Positions 1 through 11,649 of a stretch of 64,000 bases of DNA are shown piece by piece; within the stretch, counting starts at the first letter, position 1; each line of letters opens with the position of its first letter. Below the pieces are notes generated by a model. That model was given only the letters and a program-made list of their open reading frames with translations, made no database searches and was not told where the DNA came from. Origin of the DNA: Octopus sinensis (Eukaryota). The position numbers were made by a program, and so were the translations under genes. The stretch covers positions 109,616,001-109,680,000 of the forward strand of contig NC_043000.1 of NCBI RefSeq assembly GCF_006345805.1. Reading direction: 5' to 3'.

Positions 1-495
1 TGAGAAAATTCTGTAGTTTGTAAGCTATTTGTTGTTTAATTTCTTGCATTTCGGTAATTTCAACCAATCAATGATGTCTATTGAGGTGAATTCAATTTCT
101 CCGGATCTTTGTCAACAACAATTATTTGCGGTGTCATAGGAATTTGTCACTGTTATTTATGAGAAAAGATAATTTAATTATTTCTATTTTCTTAAAAATA
201 TATATATTAAACCTTAGCTTATCCAGTTACCTTGCAGTTGAATATTAATTGTAATTATTCAATACTTCTTGTAATCGGTAATAAACCAGTATATTCATTG
301 GATTTTATTATCCCTTAATGAGTTTTTAACTTTTTTTTATTTACCAGTAAAAGATGTGAGAAATTTTGATTAATTTGTTTTGTGAATCCTTATATGTGTT
401 TTTGTGTGTTTATGTATGTGAGTTTATATTTCATTTAGCTGTTGGCATATTCTTCAATTCCTAGTTTTCTTCTAAGACAAATTCCAGTATTTTCT

Positions 496-947
496 TGTTC
501 TGCCTTTATAGCACACCTGTCTTACATGCATTAAGTTCAACTGATAGATAACCTAGTAATTTGCACAATTTTGCTGAATTTACCTATATTTACCTGTAAT
601 TAGATTCACTTTGAAGCAAAAATTATGATATATATAAGTTTAAGAACTTTTTGTTAAATTACGTTCCAAAAGATCACATATGTTGATCGAGTTATTTTAT
701 GAAACCAATCTAAATTAACAACTACTTTAGAATAATCCTATCCAATTATGACATCACTATTATAATAAAAATAGACAGGGTTGGTTAACGGTGACAAAGT
801 GGTTAGGGTAAATGTTTCATACTGGAAGTAACTGAAGCCAACATGAAGTTGGAGCAGTGTTGCTCAATATGGAAGTTGATTTAGCAATGGCAAGTCAGAG
901 TATAAATGGTTAATTCTTATATATACTCAGTGTTACATTGCTTTGAC
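496..947. repeat. ~450-bp local duplication, copy 1 (contains snoRNA A1)
   Basis: Aligns to 2338-2785 with about 7 differences by eye. Confidence 0.95.
810..942 (-). ncRNA. Box H/ACA snoRNA, copy A1 (RPL11 intron 4)
   Basis: 5' hairpin AGCAAUG/CAUUGCU with upper stem GAGUAUA/UAUACUC; H box AAAUCA; 3' hairpin UU(C)CAUAUUG/CAGUAUGAA with upper stem CUG..CCAAC/GUUGG..CAG; ACA box followed by UUU; 133 nt; sense to host gene. Confidence 0.85.
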
Positions 948-2337
948 CTACTGGAAATGGAAATACTATATTAGGGAGTTACATATACTTTCACAACACA
1001 CACAAGATATAGCAACAGACAGCAAGAGAGGAAAATGCTTGGAGCACATTTGGTTGAAAGAAACAAGCAACAACAGTGGATAAATAATACACCATGAAAT
1101 ATGCCTGTTTAACCCTTTCATTACTATATTTTTGACCAAAATACACCCCTAATGAGTTTCAATTAAATTCTAAAATAATTTAGACTAGTTTCATTAAATA
1201 ACTGTAACTCTTTTACTTATCAACATATTAATGTGATATTTGGAACATAATTAAAGAAGGGGTTCTTAATCAATTCTATTGCATAACTTTTGTCTCAAAG
1301 TGACTTTAATTATAGGTAAATCCAGGTAAACTGAGCAAAAGGTAAAAATATTAAAATTTTGTTTAAACATCACCATAGAAAATGAATCATCAGCTAATAT
1401 TCAAATGGGTATGCAACAAAATTTGACATAGAAGAATTGTGCACATCACTAGATCATCAGTTGAATTTAATGCACAACTGAACAGGTGTACCATAAAGGT
1501 GAAATAAACTGAAATACTGGAATACACCTAAATCCACTGCAAGTTTGACCGAACTAAAGAAATCAATCAAAAAATAATATACAGCCCTGGTTATGGTATG
1601 GAAGTGATAAATTCCAGACAACATCGTACCCTAGGCCATGCTGACTAACATTTTCCCTGTATAAAAACTAAATCCACAGTAGTACCCATTATTTGCTTCA
1701 CAAATTTTCCAAACTTTGATCCCCCATTTTGTGTTTGTTTACATTCTGCCTAAGTTTGTTTCCGCAGTGATCGCTTCAAACAAGCATACTGAAAAAAATA
1801 AAAGTCTAATGGTTTCGCTTCCTAAGAAAGACTATAGATAAACTCTATCTCCTCCGAAAAATTGCTAATAAAAACATTTTTAAAGTTTTTACTTCATTCC
1901 GACGTAAAATCGTCTTTGCTGTCGCTATCACTGCTTTGTTTCTTCAGAATCACAGCTTTCGGTTTCGGATACAGAAATATCCTATTCATTAATGTACCTC
2001 ATTCATTTTTTCTCAATATCTCCCTATTTTCCGTTGGAAAAGCTTTAAATTCGGAATCAATGCTCGATAACATGAAACTCCTATCCATTTTCAAAGTTGA
2101 AGAAAAATCGATGCCGAAAAAATCTCCCAAAATTCACTGAGTTCAGATATCACATCAAGCAATGTCGGATACTATAACCCAACTATTTACAAAGTGAACT
2201 TGTGTATTTTCACAAATGTGCTAACGAGATTTGTGCTTAAATTCACATTTAAATAACGATGGATACTCTTGGCCAGCTATGGCCGGGTTATGAACCAAAA
2301 AACTTTTCGACCGGCTACGGCCGGGTTAGTATCGAAT

Positions 2338-2785
2338 TGTTTTGCCTTTATAGCACACCTGTCTTGCATGCATTAAGTTCAACTGATAGATAACCTAGTA
2401 ATTTGCACAATTTTGCTGAATTTACCTATATTTACCTGTACTTAGATTCACTTTGAAGCAAAAATTATGATATAAGTTTAAGAACTTTTTGTTAAATTAC
2501 GTTCCAAAAGATCACATATGTTGATCGAGTTATTTTATGAAACCGATCTAAATTAACGACTACTTTAGAATAAACCTATCCAATTATGACATCACTATTA
2601 TAATAAAAATAGACAGGGTTGGTTAACGGTGACAAAGTGGTTAGGGTAAATGTTTCATACTGGAAGTAACTGAAGCCAACATGAAGTTGGAGCAGTGTTG
2701 CTCAATATGGAAGTTGATTTAGCAATGGCAAGTCAGAGTATAAATGGTTAATACTTATATATACTCAGTGTTACATTGCTTTGAC
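2338..2785. repeat. ~450-bp local duplication, copy 2 (contains snoRNA A2)
   Basis: Direct repeat of 496-947. Confidence 0.95.
2648..2780 (-). ncRNA. Box H/ACA snoRNA, copy A2 (RPL11 intron 4)
   Basis: Same sequence as 810-942 except one substitution in the apical loop of the 5' hairpin. Confidence 0.85.
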
Positions 2786-3715
2786 TAAATGTAAACCAAA
2801 TGATGGTTTTTAAAATACTAACAAGATTTGTATTTGAATTTTATCAATTTAAAACATTATTTGGTCTTTCAACTGTTGATTACTGAATATATATGTGAAC
2901 ATTACTGGACAGAAATCCTAGACCAGACACAGGAATATGACCACTCGTAAGCATGCTTCAATCTCTGGTCCAATAGACGACACTGTCTCCTCTCTCTGCA
3001 TTTCTCACCCCTTCAACTATAATGGCACCTGCTCCTCATAGCTCATGCTACATCTATCCCTTTTGCCTCTCTTCCTCTCATCACTCTAGTTATATCCAAA
3101 TCCCCAACCCCACATTAATTCCTATACCCAATCCTTCCTTTCTATCAGTCTTCGAGAATTCACTTCCTGTAGATGATATTTCACTTCTATCAAGGAAGGG
3201 ACAAGCTTTCAGAATCCAACCCAGTTCAATCTGTTTTGATTTTTCAAGGGTTTACAACATTTAGTTGTATTTATCACTAATTCATACAACTGAAATCATT
3301 ATAGGGCAGTGTTGACCTCCAATGTCACCTTTGCCATGCTTTCTAAGGCTGGATGCTCTTTCTGATGCCAAACACTTTACCGAGTGCCTAATTTTTTTTT
3401 TCTCTGTGCGACAGGAACTAGTGTGGTTGCCAAATAATTTGCAAAACAAGTCCCCTTGACTAAATGGTGAAGGAATATTTAAGTGACGAGCCATGGTCTT
3501 ATGCAGTGTTCAAAGGCTAAAAAGCATGATAGAGGGACAAACCCAGAGGTTTTGCTCTACAGGAGATACCTGGCCATCCCACATTGTATAGGTGGGAGAG
3601 GTGTCAGCTGGAAAGAAGACACGTATGGTGTGGTGATGAGATGCCAGACAATCTCATGATACAAAACTTAGTCAAGAAGTACAAACAAAATACAAAAAAA
3701 AATGCTTCTGTAGGA

Positions 3716-3845
3716 CAATGTCCCTTTGAATTGAGTAACTGAAGCCAACACTGAGTTGGGGCAGGTTGCAATTAAGGAATTTATTATAGCAATGTTATGT
3801 CAAAGTAGAAGACATGGACAGCCAAATACTCCGTCTAACATTGCA
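3716..3845 (-). ncRNA. Box H/ACA snoRNA, diverged paralog B (RPL11 intron 4)
   Basis: GCAAUGUUA/UAACAUUGC lower stem; AGUA/UACU upper stem; H box AUAAUA; 3' hairpin CCUU-AAUUG/CAAUU-AAGG with conserved CCAAC/GUUGGCUUCAGUUACU; ACA followed by UUG. Stems are kept through different sequence relative to copy A. Confidence 0.85.
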
Positions 3846-5537
3846 TTTTAGCAGCAAAACACTGCATCACTGCTCTCACAAAACAAATATTTCAAATTTC
3901 AAAAATAATCACAATTTTAGGATCTTTTCACTTTGACCAGCAGATTTTTTAAATAATTTCTTTCTAACTGAAAATGCTTGGAGCACATTTGGTTGAAAGA
4001 AACAAGCAACAGTGGATAAATAATACATCATGAAATATGCCTGTTTAACAATAGGAAGCCCCAGTCACACCTTTGAATTTGAAGGACTTTTTTTTTTTAA
4101 GCAGTGGAGACAAATGAAAAATGTAACATGTCTAACCATGTGTTAGTATACAATATATATGACTGACAACAGCAACTAATATAAGGAAAATAAAAGTTAA
4201 CAACTTTGTATATCAGAAAGAGAATGTAGTAAAAATTCATTTTAAATATTTCTTTAGAGACCAGATCCAAGCAATCTTCCAGCAATTGCTTTGAATGGTT
4301 CCAGAACATAACTTCAGAAATCGTCACAGAACCAAAAAAAAAAAAGCACAAGAATTTATGATCTCAAATATAACCAAAGGAAATTCTGCATTTTTTACTA
4401 AAAACATTATTAGTAAGCTGTCCAGAATTACAAATGACTAAGGTAGGAATGAACTTGTACAAAAGAGCAGAGCACACTTTTTGAAACTGTGACAAGATAC
4501 TAACTGGAATATACACAAGAAAAAGGCATCATCATTTAACATCCATTCTCCCTACTGACATGGGTTGGATGGTTTAACAGGGTCTGGTGAGCTACAGGGC
4601 CATTGTGCTTCATGTCAGCTTTGGCATGGTTTCTACAGCTGGATGCTCCTCCCAACACCAACCACTTTACAGTGTGTACTATACTAATTCAACTCTTTTC
4701 TTACCCTATCGGCTGAAATATGCCCTCTTTAATTCAATTTATACATTCACATTACACTTCCTACATTATGCCAGGTAAACCCACAAAATAGAGTGTCCTC
4801 ATAACTGTTGTGGTTATAATTTTTATCTGGGAAGACAATAGTACATGTCAGCATGGCCCCAGAGTACAATGTGGTCAGAAAATGATCACTTCTATATATC
4901 ATAACTTAAGGCTATATAATGTTTTCTGATCTATTTGTTTTTTCAGTTCTATCAAACTTGACTGGACTTAGTTGTGGCAACATACACAAATGCTAGGGTG
5001 ATGACAATACAAGAGATGCTAATGGATAAGAAAAAAAAATTTTGAAGAGAGGTGGAGTGGAAAGGAAATTTGCTAGTGACTGCATACAGAGTCAAGACAA
5101 AATTTTCCACTTGTATTTAGTGCTGTGGATGATGTACATAAATTCTAACATGTTACAAGGGTCATTACAAATCTGCTGAATCAGATGACAAGCTATTATT
5201 TGGTTAGTGATGCTAACCAAGTGTCCATCTAATTACATACTGTTATGACAAACTGCTCCAGCTGATCCGAGAAAAGCTTGCTCGTGAAATTAACATGCAA
5301 GTGGCTGAGAACTCCACAGACAAGTGTACCTTAACCATAGTTCTCAGGGAGGTTCAGCATTACACTGAATGTGACAAGGTTGGCTCTTTGAAATACAAAG
5401 TACAACTTGTAGAAGTCATACCCCAATTTTTAAGTTAAGATCAAGTATAAAATGGTGGGACTTATCCAAAGAAGAATGATGAAAAATTTAATAATGTTGG
5501 GATTGGTTTTCCAATGACTTTATAAAGAACTACTTAC

Positions 5538-5685
5538 CAGGTCGGCCAAGAACAATGTAGAAATCCATGCCGTAGATACCAATGTTGGGATCATACTTAA
5601 TTCCTAAATCAATGTGTTCCTGAATACCAAACCCAAAATTACCAGTCTCAGAGAAATTGGACTTTCTCAATTCATATTCTCTAAC
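5538..5685 (-). CDS. RPL11: RPL11 exon 4 (last exon found in window; C-terminal exon(s) lie beyond position 1)
   Basis: cag|...|gtaagt; [49 protein letters not shown]+G; 148 nt. No WFQQKYDG-like exon seen in 1-5537. Confidence 0.97.
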
Positions 5686-7134
5686 CTGTAAAAGAGTAGA
5701 ACCAATAACACAACATTAATCCTGCAATACAAGACAAATCAGTAGCAGACAAAGGGAAAGCTTCCTGGCCCACAACAATATTCACAGCCACTCTTGCACG
5801 GATTCAAGTTTTCTATACTCATCTGCATATTTACAGCCACTCTTGCAACCTCTTCCTACTGGCCCGTAAAAATGGTGTAGAGTATACACCATATAAAATA
5901 TGAAGAATTTTATAACACCCCACCTGTACCCTGATCAAAAACGACTTAACTTGGTTCCTGTGTCTCATGCACCCACAAAGAACTGAGGGTACTCAGTTCC
6001 CATGCACCTAAGGTTAATTCCAGTCTTACAACACAATTGAACAATAAATCTGTTCACCAAGGTCAAAGGCTACAAGTACAAAACTTTGAAACCAACAAAA
6101 TATAAGACACGTTGACCAACCAAGATCCATTTTGCCAATGACTTTAGCATCTTCTCTATAAAAATATTTGCAGAAGCCCCACCTCATCTCCCAACTTCTT
6201 CAAGGTATAACAGCTACATAAGATTTTGTGTCTTGATTAAACAGAACATAATACCAATAAGTGAACATAATACCAGACATAGCAAACTGTTGCCCATAGG
6301 ACATTCTCAAAGGATCACCTAACTTGATAGTTTGTCTGAATGCTAAATTGTTGACAACCTTTCATAACTCAGTGGCCCCTTTCACTGATTTGTCAATTAT
6401 ATATGCCCTTCTCCACAGGTTTTGCAATAATATCCCATCCAGCAAAAGCTCCTTTTTTTCGATATCCACATAGACTGGTGCCTCCTAGGTTTGAATCCCA
6501 TTTTGGCTTACTAATAACACCATGTCCCATTTATACTCCTGATGTTAATGCAACCAATTTACAAAGAGTTTTGAACATAGTAGAAATATCTGTAATTCAA
6601 AGAACTGAAGGTTTGTCTCATAGAAAAACACCTGTGAGATGAGGCAAAGTACTTGAGTAAAAGCATTAGCACTTTCACCTCACCTCCGATTTAGATACTC
6701 AATTAGATCCTGGAATAGTTTTGATGTAGGCTTTTCTGAATATGAGCAAAACTACTTAATTGCATTCTAGTCATAAACTAATTAACATGGCTATTGAAAA
6801 TATGGACATGCAACTTATGATTGGACAAGCAATTAAGAGGACATCGTACATATACCATATTTTCAGCCATACATTGAAATTTTCCGGGATAAAATTTAGT
6901 AAAAAAAAAAGTGAACTTATACACCCAGACGAGTGGAGGAGCAAAAATTCCTTGTAAAATGCAGGATTTGCAAAGATAGAGCCTTGTTTCAATGTCTATA
7001 CTCTATGCCAACTTGTATGCTGGACAATATGGTGTTTTTTTTTAGCCTTAATTGCTTCCGGGTCAGAGACCCAGGAAAATCACTGCCTCTTGTGCAATTA
7101 TAACCTTTCTCAAAACCATGAAAAGGTGCTGCTA

Positions 7135-7272
<138 letters not shown>

Positions 7273-8019
7273 TCAAAGAAAAATTGTAGCCATTTTAGGT
7301 ACAAATACAAAAAGAAGATAAGTCATGTTGAGTGAAAAAAATACAAGAGGGAGGAGGCCAGATAGCGAATACTTTCATTTATTTAGTTAGACCATGACTA
7401 AATAGACACTGTTGTGGCTACATGGTTAAGAAGCTTGCTTGCCAACCATGCAGCTCCAGGTTCAGTCCCACTGTGACACTTTGGGCAAGTGTCAACTATA
7501 GCCCTGAGCCAATGATAGATGACCAAGACTTTTGGCAATATGCAGTGCTTTAGTAGAAGACCGATCAAAACAAGTGAACTCGTCTTTGTGGCAGACACTG
7601 GTGTCACACAACTGACACCCATTACACTCTTGGAACAGTTGGCATTATAAAGGGCAGCCAACTGTAGAAACCATGCCCAATTAGACTGGAGTCTGGTGCA
7701 GCTCCTCTTTGCCGGCCCTGGTCAAACCCATGCCAGCATAAACGAACATTAGGCGATGATGATGATATATTCATGAATGTTTGTGCTTCCTTATCTTGAT
7801 GTCATGTGCTTTCTGTTAACGGATGTCATTCACTTCCAATATTCTACAAGGATATGTCTGGTCATGGAGAAACATTACCTCACTTCAAGACAGGTGAAGG
7901 TTAGCAACAGGAAGGGCACCCAGTCATAGAAAAATCTGTTTCATCCAACACATGCAAGCAGCGATGATGGTGAGAGCTAACACTAGTGACATCACCCCGT
8001 TGATACAATTTCTACTTAC

Positions 8020-8176
8020 CTTTAGAAAATACAGGTTGCTGGCCTGTCAGCTGTTCCAATACCTTGGCAGCACGAGTGAGCCTATCACCAGATTCTCCAA
8101 CACAAATATTCAAGCATAATTTCTGGATGCGGAGCTGTCGCATTTGATTGTTAGCCCGTTTGTCATCCTTGTCGAC
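8020..8176 (-). CDS. RPL11: RPL11 exon 2
   Basis: tag|...|gtaag; [52 protein letters not shown], near-identical to the uL5 N-terminus; 157 nt, ends in phase 1. Confidence 0.98.
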
Positions 8177-10705
8177 CTAAATGGGGGAATCATAGAGAAA
8201 AAATAAAAGGAACCGTTTGTTACATCACTCGTAGTTTTCATCTTTAGCAACATTTTATATTGGCGACACTGAGGGTGGGCGGAGGCATATATCGACTACA
8301 ATTTCGGATACTTATTTGTTCCAGAGTAGGAAACTTTTAAGTGCCATATTGACAACTTGAATTTTCATCAAAATAAAAATCAAACACGAAATAATTATGT
8401 AAATGTTGCACTATTTTAAACTAGATTTCAGCTGAAAAATTTGGAGTGTGACTTATATGCTAGTGTTCAAATAATTCAATACCAACATTTCGATTAAAAA
8501 GAAGATAACGCTAAAAAAATGGCTCGTTGGAACAACTTTTATCAATTGGGTCTTGCTCTACTAAACTGGTCTGGTATAAAATGAATACACTTGTCTCACT
8601 CTCTCCTCTGAAATGCGCGATGAAGAGGTCACGCGAAAAAGAAATTTTTTTAATTTACAATAATCCGATTAAATGTATTTATAAATTTGAGTGAACTTTC
8701 TTAACAATTTTACCAAGTTTGAGCTTCTCCAGTTTTGACGAAATTTTTCCTATATTAATTTTTTTATCCCACGTTTCAAAACAATGTGGGGATGGTTTAT
8801 ATTTGAATCAAATTGTCATATTTATATTTTTTCTTATTTAAACAAAATTATATTTTGTGAATTAACGAGCCTAAGCTACTTATAATACATTTGTACATCC
8901 AAATTTAATTTATAAGAAAGTATTCCGAATAAAGCACTGTGTATGTGAATGGACATTTAACCCTAAACCATTAAGGGGAAAATACTTAAAATACAAAACA
9001 AATACAAAAAAAAAAGAAAGAAAAGAAAATATCGACAACACAGACATTTCAATCTTCGTTTAGGTCAATGCCAGCCCCGCCGACTGGCTCCTGTGCTTGT
9101 AGCATGCAAAAAGCACCATCCAAACGTGGTCGATGCCAGTACCACCTGACACGAACCCACTTCTCTCTCTCGGAGTGGTTGGCGTTAGGAAGGGCATCCA
9201 ACTGTAAAAACCTTACTATATCAGATTGGAACTTGGCGCGGCTTACTGTCTTGTGCACCAGTCAAAGCGTCCAACCCATGCCAGCATGGAAAACCGCATA
9301 TTCGTTTGAAATGAAAATCTAATGATGTAGAGTTAATTACCTAATACTTGTTTAGATAAGTCTTCAAACATTGGAAAAGGGTCAGCAATGTTGAGGTGTA
9401 AATGGGGGGGGGGTGTAAGTTAGCCCCCTCGGAAGGATTTGAACTTAAAACCTAAGAGCCGGAAGAAATGTTAAACATTTAGATATATATTTTTTAATCT
9501 TGACTGGTGCACTTGAAATTGCAAATCGCAGAGGACTTTAAACTGATTTTAATAAAATTATTTCAAATGTTTTAACACCTTAGCTTTAACAGTAAACTGG
9601 TTCGACCATAAATCTATTGGCATAACTACACAAGTGGGACCCCGCCACACTTCAACTCCGAATAACACTTTCCCACAGAATCGTAATCTACACTAATTGT
9701 GAGAAATTTCATTTAAAAATATTCTTTTTTCGGAAAGTTATTAGGAAACAAAAGCTGGCCGGAGCGGGGCACATTTCTCTAATTATAACCAAACATTACT
9801 GCTAGATTAGATCTAGATATTAACCTAACATTATTGGTAGGGTAAATGAAATCTACCTAATATTCGTAGACGATCCTGATACCAATTAACAACAGGATAG
9901 GAAAATATACAATTCCACACGAGGTAGCAACAAAATCGAGAAGAAAAAAATGAAAATTATGAAAAGTACAACACGTGTTGGAGAAATGAAATGGTGATAG
10001 AAAAATGGAAATCTTTCAGGAATAATAAAATAAGACTATCTTAAAGATCCACCAAGTTATTTTGCTGGGATTTAATTAAAACAATTTAATTAAAATGATT
10101 TCGATTCCAATCATTTTGTTAATACCATAAATTTGCTCTTTTACCGCGAATTCTCAAATTATTTCATAATATAAGGGAAGAGGCTTGAAGCAAATCTTAA
10201 TTAAGAATTAAATTGTGTAATTTATAATATCATCGTTATATTAAACTGTTGTATATTATTTGTGTTTCAGTGAAATTAAGAAAAAGACTGAAAAATCTGA
10301 GGCTACCACGACTATGACGACGAGCTCAAGGAAATTATTAAATTTCTTTTGAATCTTGGAATTTGGTAAAAGTTCTCGTGAGTGCGTTGAGTAAAGTAAT
10401 TTCATAATCTAAAATAAATCACCCCATATTAAAAAGAAATCCAATTCCTTAAATAATAAAAGGTTTAAAGAGGAAAAACCTGGGAGGAACGTGACAAACA
10501 CGTATTTCGCAAGTCATGAGGAGAGACGAGCCAAAAAAATTATTTGTTTATTTATAAAGAAAGAGTTGAAATAGGTTATAAAATCTACGTGAAAGTAAAA
10601 CATGTTTTTGTAGTTTTATTTTAAAATAAATAAAATCGAGAACGAATACGTTTTAATGGAAGGATTAAAAAGATTTAACACAGAAAAATGCAAAACGCAA
10701 CTCAC

Positions 10706-10711
10706 CGTCAT
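10706..10711 (-). CDS. RPL11: 60S ribosomal protein L11 (uL5), coding exon 1 (Met-Thr)
   Basis: Minus strand reads CCTTTCCGGTTTAAACAAA ATG ACG|gtgagt. The 6-nt phase-0 first coding exon matches vertebrate RPL11 and joins in frame to exon 2. Confidence 0.9.
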
Positions 10712-10723
10712 TTTGTTTAAACC

Positions 10724-10732
10724 GGAAAGGAA
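10724..10732 (-). promoter_or_regulatory. TCT initiator / 5'TOP motif of RPL11
   Basis: Minus strand TTCCTTTCC contains CCTTTCC, matching YC(+1)TYTYY, 18 nt before the ATG; typical of ribosomal protein genes. Confidence 0.8.
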
Positions 10733-10918
10733 TGTGATGTGAATTGTGGGTAATATATATATATTTCTAACTAACTTTCGTATATAAAAAGTTATTTTTG
10801 TTTATCAACGTGTAGTAGGTATTTTATAATTATTCAAATTAATTAATAAGTATTTCTAAAAAATAATTTAGCTTGATTTATTTTGACCTAATTGTTTTGT
10901 CAGTTTCGAACTTCAGCT

Positions 10919-10932
10919 GTTGCCATGCCAAC
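10919..10932 (+). promoter_or_regulatory. RFX X-box upstream of DRC1
   Basis: GTTGCCATGCCAAC, one mismatch from the palindromic GTTGCCATGGCAAC, ending 24 nt before the ATG of a motile-cilia gene. Confidence 0.75.
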
Positions 10933-10956
10933 CGAGGAAGCATAAACCGAGGGAAA

Positions 10957-11105
10957 ATGGATTCCACACCAGGTGGATCCGGCCTGTATGGGATGGACAA
11001 GCATAGTAGCGAAATGCCTCCTGTGATTGAACCCGATGTCAATTCAGATGACCCTGAAGAAAGAATACTTGCCAGAAGATTAAGAATTGAACGAACAATA
11101 GAACG
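10957..11105 (+). CDS. DRC1: Dynein regulatory complex subunit 1 (CCDC164), exon 1
   Basis: MDSTPGG...EPDVNSDDPEERILARRLRIERTIE|gtatg; matches the DRC1 N-terminal motif (human SDNSQERIQARRLRI). Confidence 0.9.
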
Positions 11106-11559
11106 GTATGGACAGAAATGCGTCTGGGATCACAGACGACGATACGGCAATGTAGCTCTTTCTATCGATTTAGTGCGCCAATATTTATGCGAATAATTAT
11201 TAAATGCTGTGTTTTAAATGGAACACACAAAATGCACTCACACACACACACACGTATATCACGTAATCGGCCACTGGATGTTGTTATACATCGCCGATCA
11301 CAATGCACTTTGCATCGTCTTAGCTTCCGAATGATATGAAGAAAGCTTCATATGAAAGCTCGTCCGTCGTAGGGTTACCCATTCCCAGTGGACTCAAGCA
11401 ACGTGAAAGGAAGTGTTTTGCTCAAGAACACAATGCATCACCTGGTCCTGGAATCGAACCATCAATCTCGCAATTGGGAGTGCAACACCCTAACCACGAG
11501 GCTATGCAGCTTCGTACACACACACATATATATATATTCGATGTATGGTCTTACTGCTA

Positions 11560-11560
<1 letters not shown>

Positions 11561-11642
<82 letters not shown>
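11561..11642. repeat. (TA)n microsatellite
   Basis: Direct read; flanked by a duplicated CGATGTATGGTCTTACTGCTA. Confidence 0.95.

Positions 11643-11649
<7 letters not shown>

Noticed and set aside
815-870. 3' pocket of the snoRNAs as a guide for 28S helix 69 (GUUACUUCC/GUUACUC pair with GGGAGUAAC) or for 18S AAAGUUGUUGC
   Set aside because: Only one pocket strand pairs in each case, and the distance to the ACA box would be 17-22 nt rather than 14-16.
4212-4330. Minus-strand hairpin (AAGCAAU/AUUGCUU) with GUGACGA and CUGA motifs; possible fourth snoRNA
   Set aside because: No second hairpin or correctly placed H/ACA boxes; C/D boxes are degenerate with no terminal stem or recognisable guide.
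5700-6640. Complex sequence in RPL11 intron 3 with coding-like composition on the minus strand
   Set aside because: Frequent stops and no motif I can name; probably an old retroelement.
6940-7100. Hairpin UUCCUGGGUC/GACCCGGAA plus a downstream ACA in RPL11 intron 3
   Set aside because: The pocket is wholly one-sided and the 3' hairpin has no convincing lower stem.
10271-10377. Plus-strand exon-like piece (tttcag|...|gtgagt) upstream of DRC1
   Set aside because: No support beyond splice-like motifs; it would place the DRC1 TSS inside RPL11 intron 1, against the proximal X-box.
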